A stretch of 64,000 nucleotides of DNA from NCBI RefSeq assembly GCF_037042905.1, contig NC_087245.1, positions 33,668,001 through 33,732,000 of the forward strand. Direction: 5' to 3'. The notes beneath the pieces were generated by a model. That model was not told where the DNA came from and did not search any database. It saw only the letters and a program-made list of their open reading frames with translations. Position 1 is the stretch's first letter; each line of letters begins with the position of its first letter. Shown here one piece after another: positions 1-13,634 of the stretch. The DNA comes from Lytechinus pictus. Taxonomy: Eukaryota. Both the position numbers and the translations under genes were made by a program.

Positions 1-1289
1 TAAAAAAGAATATTCAGAATATGCATCTATATATTCACTCATTGAAAATAAATGTAGTAAAGTGAGAAAGAAATGAAACGGTAAAATGATATATCACTAG
101 ATATACATGTAGGAGAAATCACTCACTGGGAGGAATGTCAGAAGATTTTTGAGGGAAATGATATTGGAGGAAGATATATAGGGGGACAGAGAGATAGGGT
201 ACATACAGGGGCGGATCCTACCGGCGGCGAGGGGGGGGGGGGGCGATTCGTGATGAAATATTTAGCGGCGTTCCGTGCTTGCACGGACAGAGAGGAGTCT
301 GAGGGGGGATGTGCCCTCCTGGAGAAGCTGAAGAAAAATCGAATGTTCAAACTCAATTCGTGCGATTTGGTGTATACTTTTTGCCAGGATATCATTTAAA
401 TTCTGTGACTTTTTCCAGCATAACATAATGATCAGCCTTGGATTTCTAGGAGGAAAAGACTGTAAAGACAAAAAGCGGAGCGTAAATTGGCGCGGGGTCC
501 GCCCCGGAAGCTCAGGGGTTTTAACAGGCCAGGGGCGGTGGAGCGTCATTCAAAGGGGGGGGGGGGGGAGCACCAACAATAAAGGGCACCCTCCGGGAAA
601 AGGGGGAAACCAAAGCGAAAATATACAATTTTTTCGGCATTGGTATATACCCCTACATTGAAGTACATTATCAGGGATTACATTACCGTCTAAACATGGC
701 TAGAGGCTTGTCAGACATAGCAGCAAGTAATGTATGCAAACTGGATTCCTCCATTATTTAATGGAATGCCTCGTTACTAGGTCCCCAGGAAAGAAACATC
801 CATGAATTTGAATAAGTTTGTAAACAGGTCTATTGACCCCGACTAAGCCCCGACTAAGCACGCTTTGGCAATGAATATGAAAACGGTGTAAGTAACTTAT
901 AAATTTCAAGTGGAGGTTTAGCGGAAGAATGAGACCTGCCTATATAGGACTTGATGAGTCCGTGGTTGGGTAACTATGTTTGCGTTGTACAAACGTAGCA
1001 AATATCACAGCAAGAAAATATCACGGATTGTTTTAAACACGTTTCTGAATACAAATCCCATTCTTTGTGTGTTGATAAGGAATGAAAGATATTTAAATAT
1101 CTACCGTTTGACCCAGCACAATTCTCAAACTTTAACCTGACCTGACTTTCAATTTGTGACTTCGATTCTAAAAACAAAACAGAACGTTATCTGAGGAACC
1201 TCCACAAACCCTTCATAAACGAACTTTATGATAAAGTATGTATATCAAATTAAATTAAAAAAAAATAAACTTTAGCAGTAATTTCACCT

Positions 1290-1695
1290 GGTAATTATCG
1301 GTAGAGGGGGGCGGGTTGTCCTCGGGGGTGGTTGTCCATGGAGGGGGCGGGGATTTTCCTGGGGGGGGGGGGGCTAATCTACCAGGGGGTCATTATCCTG
1401 TGGGTATTTTTCTAAGGGGGGGGGGTAACTGCCCTGGGGGTGGTTGTTCATGGGGTAGGAGGAATTTCCCAGGGGGTAATTGTCCTTGAGTGTAGTTTTC
1501 CTGGTCGGTGTTGTTGTCCATGGGGGGAGTTGTTGTCCATGGAGGGGGGGGGTAAATGTCATCGGGGGTGGTTGTCCATTGTGGGGGGGGGGGCGGTTAA
1601 TTTTCCGGGGCCAATATCTTCCAGGGGGTAATTGTTCTTGTGGGGGGGGGGGTAATTTGTCGGGGGTGATTGTCCAGGGGGTAATTGTCCTCGAA
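1290..1695. repeat. G-rich short tandem repeat (GGGGGTAATTGTCC / GGGGTGGTTGTCC units), probably the arm of a non-autonomous DNA transposon
   Basis: Many degenerate copies of a G-run followed by T(A/G)(A/G)TTGTCC; the overlapping Pro/Gly-rich ORFs are by-products of the repeat. Confidence 0.75.
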
Positions 1696-1779
1696 TCCTT
1701 TTTTTTATGTATAGGAATATGGAACAAAAATATACTGTAACTTTGTACATGTATTTTGTGTGCACTCTTTTGTGCAAAA

Positions 1780-2445
1780 AGTCGAGAAGACGAGATTTGA
1801 AATCTCGCTTTCTCACCTTCACATACCCGAGAAGTCGAGAAGACGAGATTCGGAGTCTCGCTTTCTCATCTTCACATACCCGAGAAGTCGAGAAGACGAG
1901 ATTTAGAATCTCGCTTTCTCACCTTCTCATACCCTAGAAGTCGAGAAGACGAGATTCGGAATCTCGCTTTCTCACCTTCACATACCCGAGAAGACGGGAA
2001 GACGAGATTTGGAATCTCGCTTTCTCATCTCCACATACCCGAGAAGTCGAGAAGACGAGATTCGGAATCTCGCTTTCCCACCTTCACATACCCGAGAAGA
2101 CGGGAAGACGAGATTTGGAATCTCGCTTTCTCATCTGCTCATACCCGAGAAGTCGAGAAGACGAGGTTTGGAATCTCGCTTTCTCACCTTCACATACCCG
2201 AGAAGTCGAGAAGACGAGATTTGGAATCTCGCCTTCTCATCTGCTCATACCCGAGAAGTCGGGAAGACGAGGTTTGGAATCTCGCTTTATCGCCTTCTCG
2301 TATCCGAGAAGTCGAGAAGACGAGATTTGGAATTTCACCGTCTCGCCTTATTCGACAAAAAAAGGCTGAGAAGACGAGATACCGGATCACGCCTTCTCGC
2401 CTTCTCGGACCAAAAAAGTCGAGAAGACGAGGAATTATCTCGTCA
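1780..2445. repeat. 53-bp minisatellite, about 12 copies, each with an internal hairpin
   Basis: Unit CCGAGAAGTCGAGAAGACGAGATTYGGAATCTCGCTTTCTCACCTTCACATAC, period 53 (CCC at 1826 and 1879); internal inverted repeat CGAGATT..AATCTCG. Confidence 0.92.
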
Positions 2446-5400
2446 TCTCGGTGGCACGTTTAAGCTTCCGTACCTGGCAGATACTGTTCTAGGCACAAAA
2501 TCCGCCGGCGGATCGTGTTCTACTCCGGCGGATTCAGTACCAAGAAAGGCCACTCTCTTCGGAAGATATCGTTCTTGCGCTATCGCGATATCCTTCATTC
2601 ACATACGTCACGTGGTACAAAAAAACTAGTCAAAAGCGGTAGATTTCATCAATTAAAGCTTGCAGAAAAAGATATTTATGATATCTCTATGTGATAGAAG
2701 TGAAGAAATAAAATGCGTAATCTGAAAGGGGAAAATAACCCATTTTCTTGTTACAACTCTACGGGAATTACACCACTTCTAACACTACATGACGTCACGG
2801 TCTCGGTGCGAGGCCGGTGAAAGCATATTTACAAGAAAGTATATTTTCGAAACCCGATAATTGGAGTTATTCTTAAGCAAAATATTCAGCTGTAAGCGAT
2901 GACTGCATAAAACTTGCATTTCTGTTTTTAGTTTGAATTAATAGCTTTCGATTTGACTGATTTGTCAACTTTTGGGATCTGGTCTGGGTCTTTAAATAAT
3001 TTAGTCTTCATTCAACTTTCAATGTCTACTGCACTACTAGTATACAAAGAATTTACCCCATGATATGATAATACTTGTAGTCTAATAACATGCATTTGTT
3101 AATTTATTTTATACCTATTAATTTATTGCAGTATGAAAAGTCCTTATCACAATTTGGGGGATAAATTGGGCACAATATGCATCAATTATGATTAATACAG
3201 AGTATTAAATAAAGACAAACAATGGCAGTTTCGATAATTAAAATCAGTATTCGTATAAATTTGTATAAATAATGATCACTGCAAATGAAATTCTTGAATT
3301 ACGAAATTCCAATGTATTACTATTATTTCCTCCACATTTTCTCGTATATTTTTTTCTATTTTTCTCTCCCTCCCCTTCCTCTTTCTATTTCTCCTTTTTG
3401 GTGCTATATTACCCACGCGTATACGCCCCAGATATATTCATAATGTGGAGGAACGATATAGGAAACTGGAAAAGAGGCAAAAGGGGCGAAATGAGCAGGG
3501 ACAGAAAGAAAGGCAAAAAAAAAATAAAGAGATGAAAACCAGGAGGGGGTAAAGTAAAAGAAACAAAAGATATAAAGGAGAAATTATATTTCACTAAAGA
3601 TCCCATATTGATCTTAAAATTAGATGACTGAGAGGTAAATTAGGGAGCACCAAACAGTACTTGGCGTATCTAACTTTTGTCAGGGTGATCTTCCGGTCCC
3701 CTTCAATCATCATCATCATCATATCACCGTCACCCTCACCTTTATCCTCTTCATCTTCATACTAAAAATATTGCATGAATTGATGTTTCGTATTTAAAAA
3801 TATATGCCCATTCTGCTTTATAAATGCATAAATTAATTTAATTAGTTTTAGTTTGGGATTGTCATTTTTCTTCAAGCAATCTGCTTATGATGACAATCCT
3901 TCTCCTGCAAATTGTGAATATCATATAATAATTTGGTAGCTAATCATTTTTGTCTGGAATAATTTTTTTAGTAAACTTTATTTATGATTCATGCCAAAAA
4001 TGCTAACATAATATTATGTTTATTATGTTATGGAAAATGTATTATACGAATGTTCCATGGATGCAGAAAAAAACAATAAATCAAATCAAATCAAATAAAT
4101 CAATTCAGATTCCTTAACATTGAAAAAAAAAAGAATAAAAAAAAAACAAATAAAAAAAAATACATGAAAATTTAAAAATAGGCCTTCAATAAACTACATA
4201 AGAAATTAATCATGTTCTGACATTCCTTTTTTATGTTTGTTAGAAATAAAGAATTTATGTTTTCACCAAAAATTAGCATTCTACAAGCAATAATATGAGT
4301 TAACAGCAAAAAAAATATTTTCATACACTAATTTGAATCATTTATTTGAAATATGAAAATTTTAACTTGTTGAAATTTTTCTAAAAATTTGTAGTTTCAA
4401 AAACCTATAGGCCTATATGGGGGTGCAAATTTTCGCCAAACAGTCTGGCAAACTGACACTAAACATGGTGTGAAAAAGCACAGTTAAAGAGATCGATGCA
4501 TACTGCGGACTGAAAATAGTATAAAAATTCACAAAACAAAATGATGAAAATTTCATCAAAATCTTATAATAATAAATAGCATAGTTTTGCGTATGTGTCA
4601 GCTAGGTCTACGTAATACATATCGAGACATTATTTCTCCTATTAATCCTCACCCCCATCGAGCCCTTTGTCAAAAGCTGTATGGATCCGCCCCTGAATAA
4701 AAATTCACTAAAGCGCATAGAGACATGATTTTATCATCGTTATATGCGCTATATATAAGCAATGTTTTTTTTATTATTATTATTATAAAGGCGGACGAAA
4801 ATCCCCCCCCCCCCCATGCATTGCGATCGACATTGCCGAGCCGCGCATGCGCGCGCTGCCGAGGTTGTCTGTCCAAATCAATATTACACGTATAATCAAT
4901 AGAACCAAATCCGCCGAGGAACCAAATCTGCAAACATCAAGCCGCGTCAAACCCGGCGGATATGGTTCCGATTAAAAACGATATCGGCCATTTAGAACGA
5001 TATCTGCCGGCGGATACGGTATCCGCCGGTGGAACCAAATCCGCCGCTACACCGGCACTGGTCTGGGGCGGAGCCCCCGGAACCTCGTGACATTTTTAAA
5101 CATTGCAGATGACAATTTTTCTATCGCGCGGGTAAATACACCTCATATTATTTTAAGTTCAACGCAGGTGCTGATCGATAATAAATAAATATGTTGCATG
5201 AGGCAGCACAACATAGCAAATGCAGAAAAATTTGTAAAGGTCGCCAGCGAGCGAAGCGAGCCAGAAAATTTTTGCCTTTTAAAAGGATTTTGAAATTGAA
5301 TTCTAATTATGTTATAGTCGCTTTGGAAATTTAGCCAATCAATCAATAGCTTTGAAATTAGTGACGTGATATCGTCTAAAAGAGACATTTTAGTTCATGA

Positions 5401-5845
5401 AACGTTTATTTTTTAGGGGTATAACTCCTTGTTGATTAATTGAATTGAAGGCTACACATGCAAAAGAAAATGTCTCCTGAGAATCATTCGAAGATTAGAG
5501 GAGCTTTATACTCATATTTTATATTTTGACAATACGTTTTCTATCAATATACGCCCCCATCTTTTTTTTTCAAGAAATGACGATCTACAATAACAGACGG
5601 CTAAAGATATTCATTCGACCCAACCCATTCTCATTTTTTTGTGTAAGCTGATTACAAATAAGAGTATGTATAATGATAAGACTGATTCTAGAAACGAAGA
5701 ATGGGCAACCACTGAACATATTTTGTGCGAATAAAAGAAAAATACATGTATCACTCAGCTTTCGGAACTATTTTAGTGGCGGACGAATTAGGACTGAGTA
5801 TAATAGATGAATAAGATCTGCTCATGAGATGCTTTACCGAGTTGC

Positions 5846-6275
5846 CCCCTAAATGTGCATGCGCCGGGTCAAGCTAGTGTTTATCTGGTTGCCCGAGTCG
5901 AGTTCCGGGGTCGAGTTCTACAAGTTAGGATACGTGGTTACCCCGGCTATGCCGTCGGGATATTCCTGGGAGCCCCTTGACATTTCTTTTTGAATAAACA
6001 AAATGCGATAAATAGCCCTTTATTCCTTTAATTTTGTTAATTTGAGCCCCCTAAATGTGTATGCACCGGGTCAAGCTAGTGTTTATATGGTTGCCCGAGT
6101 CGAGTTCTACAAGTTAGGATACGTGGTTACCCCGGCTAGGCCGTCGGGATATCCCAGGGGGCCCCTCGAAAATAAAATAAAAAAATTAAAATGTCATGCC
6201 CTTTTATTCACTGACGTTTGTCCCCTAAATGTCCTCGTACTTGGGCGAGCCAGTGTTGTTATGGTTGCCCGAGAC
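5846..6275. repeat. Direct repeat of about 200 bp (two copies plus a partial third)
   Basis: CCCCTAAATGTG..CCGGGTCAAGCTAGTGTTTAT..GGTTGCCCGAGTCGAGTTC at about 5846 and 6048, degenerate at about 6222. Confidence 0.8.
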
Positions 6276-6494
6276 GTGCTGCACCTGTTAAACCCCTTAG
6301 CTTTCAAAACCCCTAATATTTGAATAACGAATATTGGTCCAGCTTCACAGGCGTTTGAATATCGAACCTAAATATCAAACCAACTGCACAGTTTGAATAT
6401 CGAACATCCAACTAACTTCGTGCCTGTACGTTCCGGTACAATACTCTGTAGTCTCAGCTCTTCGCATTGCGCTCATATAACGAACGATCTCATT

Positions 6495-6905
6495 GGTTGA
6501 TTTAACGTCACTACACTAATTCATTTAACGTCATGACGTTAAATCGTTGAGCAGTAATCAGGAATTACGTCGTGTAGTAATTATTTACTACACGACGTAA
6601 TTCTTTAGGTAGTGTAGTAATTGGAAATACTACACGACGTAATTATTTACGTCGTGTAGTTATTCGAATTGCTACACGACCTCAATTATTTAATGTAGCG
6701 ACACTAATTCATTTAACGTCATGACATTAAATCGTTGGGCAGAAATTCGGAATTGCGTCGTGTAGTTATTCGAATTACTACACGACGTAAATGATTACGT
6801 TGTGTGGTATTTCGAATTACTACACGACGTAATTATTTACGTCGTGTAGTAAATTGAATTACGACACGACGTATATCCGTGTTTTTGACGGTCTCCTGCT
6901 TCCAT
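6495..6905. repeat. Array of AATTACGTCGTGTAGTAA motifs in both orientations (MITE-like subterminal repeats)
   Basis: Alternating ACGTCGTGTAGT and ACTACACGACGT units; ends ...GCTTCCATA, similar to the ...GCTTCCGTA end of the 53-bp array. Confidence 0.75.
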
Positions 6906-7232
6906 ATTGTTTAGGTGTCCATGTAGAAAACATGTGAAAATACACGTGCAAACATAGGATTGTAAATTATTAAATGGATCATGAGAAGTCTTTTATGTTT
7001 GGTAAACTGATTTAATCAAGGAAGAAATCATTCAAAAGCAGGGGGATTAATTTGATACATCAGTATAAATTATAAAACAAAACCATACATCGAAATTACA
7101 TTTTTTTTTTCATTTAGGCATATGAGTATTGGTGAACTAAGCCCTAGCACAATCAATTTATGATGTTTTAAGAAGAGATGAAATGATTTGGTTAAGTTTC
7201 ATTTAGTAGATCGATTATATAGGGCAGGGAAC

Positions 7233-7386
7233 TGATCCAATACAAAGGACTCTGATGGAGACTTTGGTAGTGAACTTATATACAGGTTTATTATACAGGC
7301 CAGCTAGGCAGGTCAATCAACAGGCTTAGTATCCCTGTTGCGGGAGGTGTATAAAGTGCTTAGATATCAATACTGATATCGTAACA
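7233..7386 (-). repeat. 3' LTR
   Basis: Direct repeat of 12497-12650; adjacent to the PPT. Confidence 0.96.
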
Positions 7387-7399
7387 TCCCCCTTCTTTT
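7387..7399 (-). promoter_or_regulatory. Polypurine tract (AAAAGAAGGGGGA on the - strand)
   Basis: All-purine run immediately upstream of the 3' LTR. Confidence 0.9.
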
Positions 7400-7823
7400 G
7401 ATAAGACTGAGAATTTCAAATTTCAATGATATTGTTTTCAAACAATACTTTTGGTAGTCTGCAAATTTTGGTAATTTGGCTTAGTTATGATATATAATAA
7501 TATAGAAATTGTTTGGTTTGTGAGAATAATATCAATTTGTGATAAACTGTATGCATCTTCAATTTTACATAACTTCAATCTTGTGCAAAACTGATGATAA
7601 TTTGGATAACCGGATTGATCCTGAAATCAATATTTCCAAACAATAAGTTTTGGCTATAGTGTCTTTTTGATAATTTCGTAAACACTATCTTGACATACCA
7701 AAAATAATGTACAATGATTTTACATGCATATAATAAACTTTTAAACTACACTAATGTCTTCAGTGTTGTTCTTCTTTCTTCTCTTTCTCTTCTTCGTTTG
7801 AGAGTTTAGAGTGTTCATAATGT

Positions 7824-10800
7824 TCAATCTTCAAACATGAATCTCTCTGGTTTGCGAATAGTGCGTCCAGATCTCGTAGTTTGTGAGTATGTCTGTTGAG
7901 ATTGATTAGCGTTAGAGTTGGACATTGGTGTTCGTTGGACGTTGTCTTCCTCTGGTTGAGTTTCTGTGGAGTGGTCTTCGTCGAACCTCACACGCTTCGA
8001 AGTTGGGTTGGTGGATGGAACTTCCCTCAAGTGAGATCTATTTCTCCTCAAGATTCCTCCGTTCGGCGTTGAAACTTCGTAGGATCGAGGTTCTTCACAG
8101 ACCTTGGATACCTTGGCTGGTATCCAAGTGTGGTCTCTTGGATGCAGAACCCTCACTGGCTGTCCTACATGCAGTGGTGGCAGATCAGAACTTGCATGTC
8201 GATCATGCCTTCCTTCATTTTGTCTTGCCTATTCAAGAGAAACTCGGTGGCAGCAGAATCTCTCGAAAGATAGTGACTTGGCAATGTGGTTCGGATGGGT
8301 CTTCCAAACAACATCTCTGCTGGTGATCTCAAGTTATTGTCAACTGGTGTTGCTCTCAGGTGCATCATGGCTAGTTGACTGTCTTGGCTAGTTTGAGAAC
8401 ACTTCGTCAACAGATTCTTGATTGTACGAACCATTCTCTCAGCTAATCCGTTGGATCTTGGATAGTGCGGTGAAGATGTGATGTGCTTGATATTCCACTT
8501 CTTGCACATGTCTTGGAATGGTTTCCCGACAAATTGTGGACCGTTGTCGGACACAATCTCTTCTGGTGGACCGAACAGACTGAAGATTCCCGTCATCTCT
8601 CTTGCTATAGCTGCACTGGTTAGCTTAGCAATGATCGGATACTTGGAATAGTAATCAGTAACGAGTAGATACTCTTGTTAGTCTATTGAGCATGAACAAA
8701 TCGGTTCCCAGTCTGATCCATGGTGCTGGTGGTACATCATGGGGATGCAGTGGCTCTTTCTGCTGTCTTGCTTGGTGTTTCTGGCATGGTTCACACTGCT
8801 TTATCAACTGATCAATGTCCTTGTTGATGTTTGGCCAGAACACTGTCTCACGAGCAAGTCGCCTTGTGCTTTCGATTCCCATGTGTCCTAGGTGAAGCTG
8901 TCTAAGGATGTCATTCCTTAGTGTCTTCGGTATGATGACTTGACTTCCCTTGAAGAGTACTCCGTGTGATACTCCGATTTCATCTCTGTAAGACCAAAAT
9001 TGACGAAGGGATGTCGGCAATTCTTGGATGGTCTCAGACCATCCCTGATTGACTATTTGCCATAGTGATCTGAGAACAGGATCATTAGCTGTTTCTCTCT
9101 GAAGCTCTGTTCTCTTGTGTTGTCCGAAGTATATCAAGTCAATCTGGTGCGAATCTTCGGCTTCAGAGCAGATGGATTCCACTCTGACATCTAGCGGAAC
9201 ATCGCGTGCTTCCTTGGGATTAGAAAGTCGGCTCAAGGTATCGGAAAGAATCATGTCTTTTCCTGGTCGATACTTGACTTGACATCGGTATCCTTGGACT
9301 TTGATAAGCAATCTCTGTAGACGTGGTGGTGCACTTCTAAGAGGTTTCTTCCATATCATCTCCAATGGTCTGTGATCTGTTACGACGGTGAATTCCTTCC
9401 CGAACAGATACGTATGGAAGCGGTTGATACCAAACACTAGGGCTAAGGTTTCCCTCTCTATGTTGGAATAGTTGGACTGTGCAGTGGAAAGACTTTTGGA
9501 TGCAAATGCAACTGGTTTGCCTTGCTGGAGCAGGCATGCTCCTAGCCCTTTCATCGATGCATCTACCTCAAGAGTTGTCTCTTTCTTTGGGTCATAGAAT
9601 TGTAGACATGCACTTGAATGTTCATGATCATCGTCCCAGATGAATGGTACTTCCTTGTGTAGAAGTTCTCGAAGTGGCGCTGACTTCTCTTATAAGTTAG
9701 GAATGTATGCTGCTAGGTATGTGAATAATCCTAGGCATCTCTGAACATCTTCCTTGTCCTTGGGTGATGGCATTGATGTGATAGCTTCTACCTTGCTCGG
9801 ATCTGGGTAAATACCTGATCTAGTGTACTTGGAACCAAAGAAGTTGATGGCTTCCTTCTTGATAGTACACTTGGAGCTGTTGAACACTAAGCCTTCTTGC
9901 TTTGCCGTCTCCATGAGTAAGTAGAGATTCCTATCGTGTTCCTCCTCCGTTCTTCCTACGATCGCTATGTCATCTGCGATGCATATGCAGCCTGGCACAT
10001 TTTGGACAATCCTATCCATATGCTGCTGGAAGATATCCTGACTAGTACATACCCAAATGGTAGTCTTTGGAAGCAGTACCTTCCAAATGGTGAACGGAAT
10101 GTGGTGAGATCCTGGCACTCCTCTGATAGGTGAACCGACCAGTAACCAGCCTTCGCGTCTAACTTAGAGAAGTACTGAGCTCCTGCGAAGACAGGTTGGA
10201 CCTCTTCCAAGGTACCTTGTGCGGGCATATCTTCAAGGCATCATTTAACCTCCTGGGGTCAAGACAAATCCTGATGGATCCATCTTTCTTCACAACAGTG
10301 GTCATGGAGCTGCACCAATCGGTGTGGTACTCGATTTTTCTGATGACTCCTTGCTGCTCCATATTGTCCAGTTCCGCCTTGATTTTGTCTTTCAAGTGTA
10401 CGCTGCACTTGCGGGGTGCATCTATGGTAGGTTTAGCATCGTCCTTGACATGAAGCATTGCCTTCCCCCGGAAACTACCAATAGCGTCAAACTGATTTGG
10501 ATATGCTTGTTTGAGATCCATTACACTTGTGATAGGTGTTTGTTTAGGTTTAGGATTGGGTGTAGGTGATTTGTCGTGCATTGAGTGAATTGTGATAATT
10601 CCAAGGTCAGTGCAACCTAACAACCCTAGGATCGCTGGACCATTGATATCTGCTACATAGAATGTCTGTGTTGACCATTTTGTACTATTGTATCTACACT
10701 TTATGTCTAGTGTACCCTTACATGGAATTGATGTCTCTCCGTAAGCTGTAAGTTTTATTGTTGTTTGTTTCACTACTGATTCCCACTTTGGACCGTAAAT

Positions 10801-11046
10801 TGCTTTGGCGGTACGTACTGTGATAGTGTTAGCACTTGCCCCCGAGTCCACTTTTAGGTAAAGCTTATGTTGACCTACTCTCTGTGGGCATATTATGTCA
10901 ATGTTAGCAAATGATACAGTACCTTCTGGATTTACAACTGTGTGTGGTCCACTAGTGTGTATGGTGTCGAATTGTGCTACGTTGAATGGACTATCTGTAT
11001 ATTGATAATGATCATGATCTGTGGTAGTATCATGTGTTATGCCCAT
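7824..11046 (-). pseudogene. pol: Gypsy pro-pol (protease, RT, RNase H, integrase) broken by frameshifts and stops
   Basis: ORF pieces carry LKVDSGASAN (protease); IRICLDPRRLN, FSKLDAKAGYW and CIADDI (RT); PVAFASKSL..YSNIERETLAL..TDHRPL (RNase H); H..H..C..C, GTDLF, SDNGPQF and SNGLAER (integrase). Confidence 0.93.
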
Positions 11047-11051
11047 TTCGC

Positions 11052-11869
11052 TTATTGGTTTACTCTTTTGACTTTTCGACTTTGATCGTGATTTGTTTTG
11101 TTTTGGTTTCCGATCATCAGATACCGTGTCGGATCTTCAGTCTTCTGATCTACGATTCTGTTTACGACTACGATCATTTTTCGATTTACGACAGAATTTG
11201 GCCCAATGGCCCTTGGTGCCACAGGCACGGCACTCATCGTCATATACAGGGCACTGACGAGGTTTGTGGAAACGTCCGCAGTTACCACACGCTTTTCGTC
11301 CCTGGTTACGCTTGAATGAATCGATATTCTGTTTAGGGTCTAGTGTCTCAAGACATTGTCGGCTCGCAGCGACTGCCTCGTATTTACGACCTTCTACCAA
11401 AATTGGTTCGACCTTGTAACCTTTCGGTTGATCTAGCAATGACTTTTGGAATTCGAGACTTGGAGTTGACGCAATCACTAGCTCCATGATTCGCTCATTT
11501 AACTCTGCTTCCTCGAAATTTTTAGCTTTGTCCCTACACCTGGTTACGAATTCATCGATCGTTTCATCTGGTTTCTGCCTGTACTGCATTAGCTCTAAGC
11601 GGTGTATGCGAAATATTGACCTTTAACTCTGCCTCTAATAGTCTTCATAGCTCTTGCGGTTTTTCTATATCGGTCTCTGATAGCCCCGATGCATTGATTC
11701 GACGCAAGCCTTCATTGCCTCCAGCAATCTTGATTTTTATAGCCACTTTTCTCTGATCAGTTATGTCTTGGTCTGCTAGAATCAGCTCCATTCTTTGTCT
11801 GAAAAGCTGGAACTCTTCGGGTAGGTCTGTTGCCTCCCAGTTAATTTCTGGATATTTTCCACTACTCAT
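11052..11869 (-). pseudogene. gag: Gypsy gag, frameshifted
   Basis: QKPDETIDEFVTRCR capsid-type motif and zinc-knuckle region CGNCGRFH....C / CRACGTKGHWAKFC, split over several ORFs. Confidence 0.9.
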
Positions 11870-12486
11870 TGTGTATGTTCGCTGTACGTATTAGGTATTT
11901 AAACGAATTAGTGTATATATTAATGTCTGATTATATCCACGTGTGAACGCTCCTTACAGTCACAGGTCGACTGGTGATGATACCTGTAACGCACTCACAA
12001 CCCTGTGTGAATGTCATTAGGTGTTTCATGCAGTGAAAATGCTGGTCACTCACACTCACTTCTCACAATTCAGATTTACAATTAATATTAGGAAAATATT
12101 AATTCATTGTTCACACTCCAGTCCAGAAAATTTAGTAATTTAGGTTTTATCCACTTTTAGTGTATGTTGATCTTCTGATGCAGACCTCTGTGCCAGTGAT
12201 TTAACACAGTTATAACTTATTCAGGCTATATTTGATTGTTTACAGTCACCGTTAGCATCTCGCTCCTTCTCACAACACGGTTTCGTTTGCTGTGACAGTG
12301 CATTGGGTATGCACAGTACGGTATTCACGTTCAGTAGCGATGCGATAGCCGGGGCGAGCGGGCACCCGTTGGGTTAGTATTTAGGTTATGAAGCATGCGA
12401 ATTTTGGTTAAAAAAACATGCAGTTTACTTCCCAACAGTAGCTGGTTATTTGATCCTTGTCAATTCAAAGGCGATCACTGGTTTCA

Positions 12487-12496
12487 GCTGCCACCA
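12487..12496 (-). promoter_or_regulatory. Primer binding site TGGTGGCAGC, complementary to the 3' end of tRNA-Leu(AAG/UAG)
   Basis: Directly abuts the 5' LTR and begins TGG; the tRNA assignment is from recalled tRNA 3' ends (..GCTGCCA-CCA). Confidence 0.75.
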
Positions 12497-12650
12497 TGAT
12501 CCAATACAAAGGACTCTGATGGAGAATTTGGTAGTGAACTTATATACAGGTTTATTATACAGGCCAGTTAGGCAGGTCAATCAACAGGCTTGGTATCCAT
12601 GTTGCGGGAGGTGTATAAAGTGCTTAGATATCAATACTGATATCGTAACA
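12497..12650 (-). repeat. 5' LTR
   Basis: Direct repeat of 7233-7386, followed on the - strand by the PBS. Confidence 0.96.
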
Positions 12651-13335
12651 GGAACTATTACGAAAGCGGTTTGTTTTGCATTTGAATTGTTGAAATTTGG
12701 CTGAGTGCTTCTTAGTGCCATGTAAGTTTTCTGTTTAGGGGGTACATGTACAGCAATGGGTGTTTTCTGCCAGAGATTTGACAAAGTCAGTGCACAGTCA
12801 GTTTTCTTCTAGATTCTAAGGTATCAAGGTTACAGAGTCGACAAGCATTTGCATGTGTAGTGTACAATGGTCCAAGCATAATTCTACAGACTCGCTTTTA
12901 GATACGTTTGAAGTTATTGATATGTTTCTTAGTGAGAGATCTATTGAAATCTGGTACACAGTACTCCATGAGTCGGCGAATATATCCGACATGCACCGTT
13001 TTCATATCAGACAAAGAAATGCCATATCGTTTTACCATCCTGAACATGTACAAGTTCTGATTACACTTTTTGAGAACTTCTGATAAATGTGAATCCCATT
13101 TCAGATTTTACTGGATTATGATTCCAAGGATCTTCATTGACTTGTCTTCTTAAGAACTGATTCGTAGATTTGTAGGAAGATTGGGGGTTTTGAGGAAGTG
13201 TACGTCCATAGTAAGACATTTTGTTGGATTAAGACTCATATGGTTTTGAGTTGACCAGTTCTGAAGGTCGTCCAGTACAATGTGTAACGACTGTTTACGG
13301 CAATCCAACAAGGTTAGGTCATCCACATACTTAAG
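12651..13335 (-). mobile_element. Old LINE (CR1/L2 group) ORF2 3' remnant, continuing at about 7140-7232 on the other side of the Gypsy element
   Basis: The - strand reads KYVDDLTLL..LDDLQNWSTQNHMSLNPTKC; removing the Gypsy element and one TSD copy restores NRFRNSSLPYIIDLLNE. Confidence 0.85.
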
Positions 13336-13634
13336 TATAAATGTTTGCCAAAGTTAAAATCATATTTAAGTCAATGGAGTCATATAATTCATAAATTGAC
13401 TAATTATAACCTTAGTCCACTTGTGCAAAGGATGTAAGTTTTGCAGTCAGACCGAACATAGGAATATGTCATGGACAAATTACCCTTGTAAGATTGAGTT
13501 GAAGATTACGTCCATTTAAGTCCGTTTTAGTCCATTGCAATTAAAAATCCTTTTTTATAATCTTTATTTTTAAGTAGCCAGTATTTGCTGGAGATTTTCT
13601 CTGGCGTTTTGATTTCATGGGGGTTTAAAACCTG

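Larger units (their letters stand above)
7233..12650 (-). mobile_element. Full-length Ty3/Gypsy LTR retrotransposon (Mag/SURL-like), degenerate
   Basis: Two 154-bp TG..CA LTRs (7233-7386 and 12497-12650; 4 mismatches), 5-bp TSD GGAAC (7228-7232 and 12651-12655), PBS, PPT, and gag-PR-RT-RH-IN domain order. Confidence 0.97.

Noticed and set aside
1780..2445. CRISPR-like array
   Set aside because: Units are tandem copies without unique spacers; no cas genes; eukaryotic context.
2009..2629. 206-aa repetitive ORF
   Set aside because: Translation of the 53-bp minisatellite.
206..4695. Single large element bounded by CAGGGGCGGATCC / GGATCCGCCCCTG
   Set aside because: The flanks (GGTACATA versus AATAAAAA) show no TSD; more likely ends of independent copies of a common MITE.
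12450..12784. Short ORFs over the 5' LTR
   Set aside because: Chimeric frames crossing the LTR/LINE junction.
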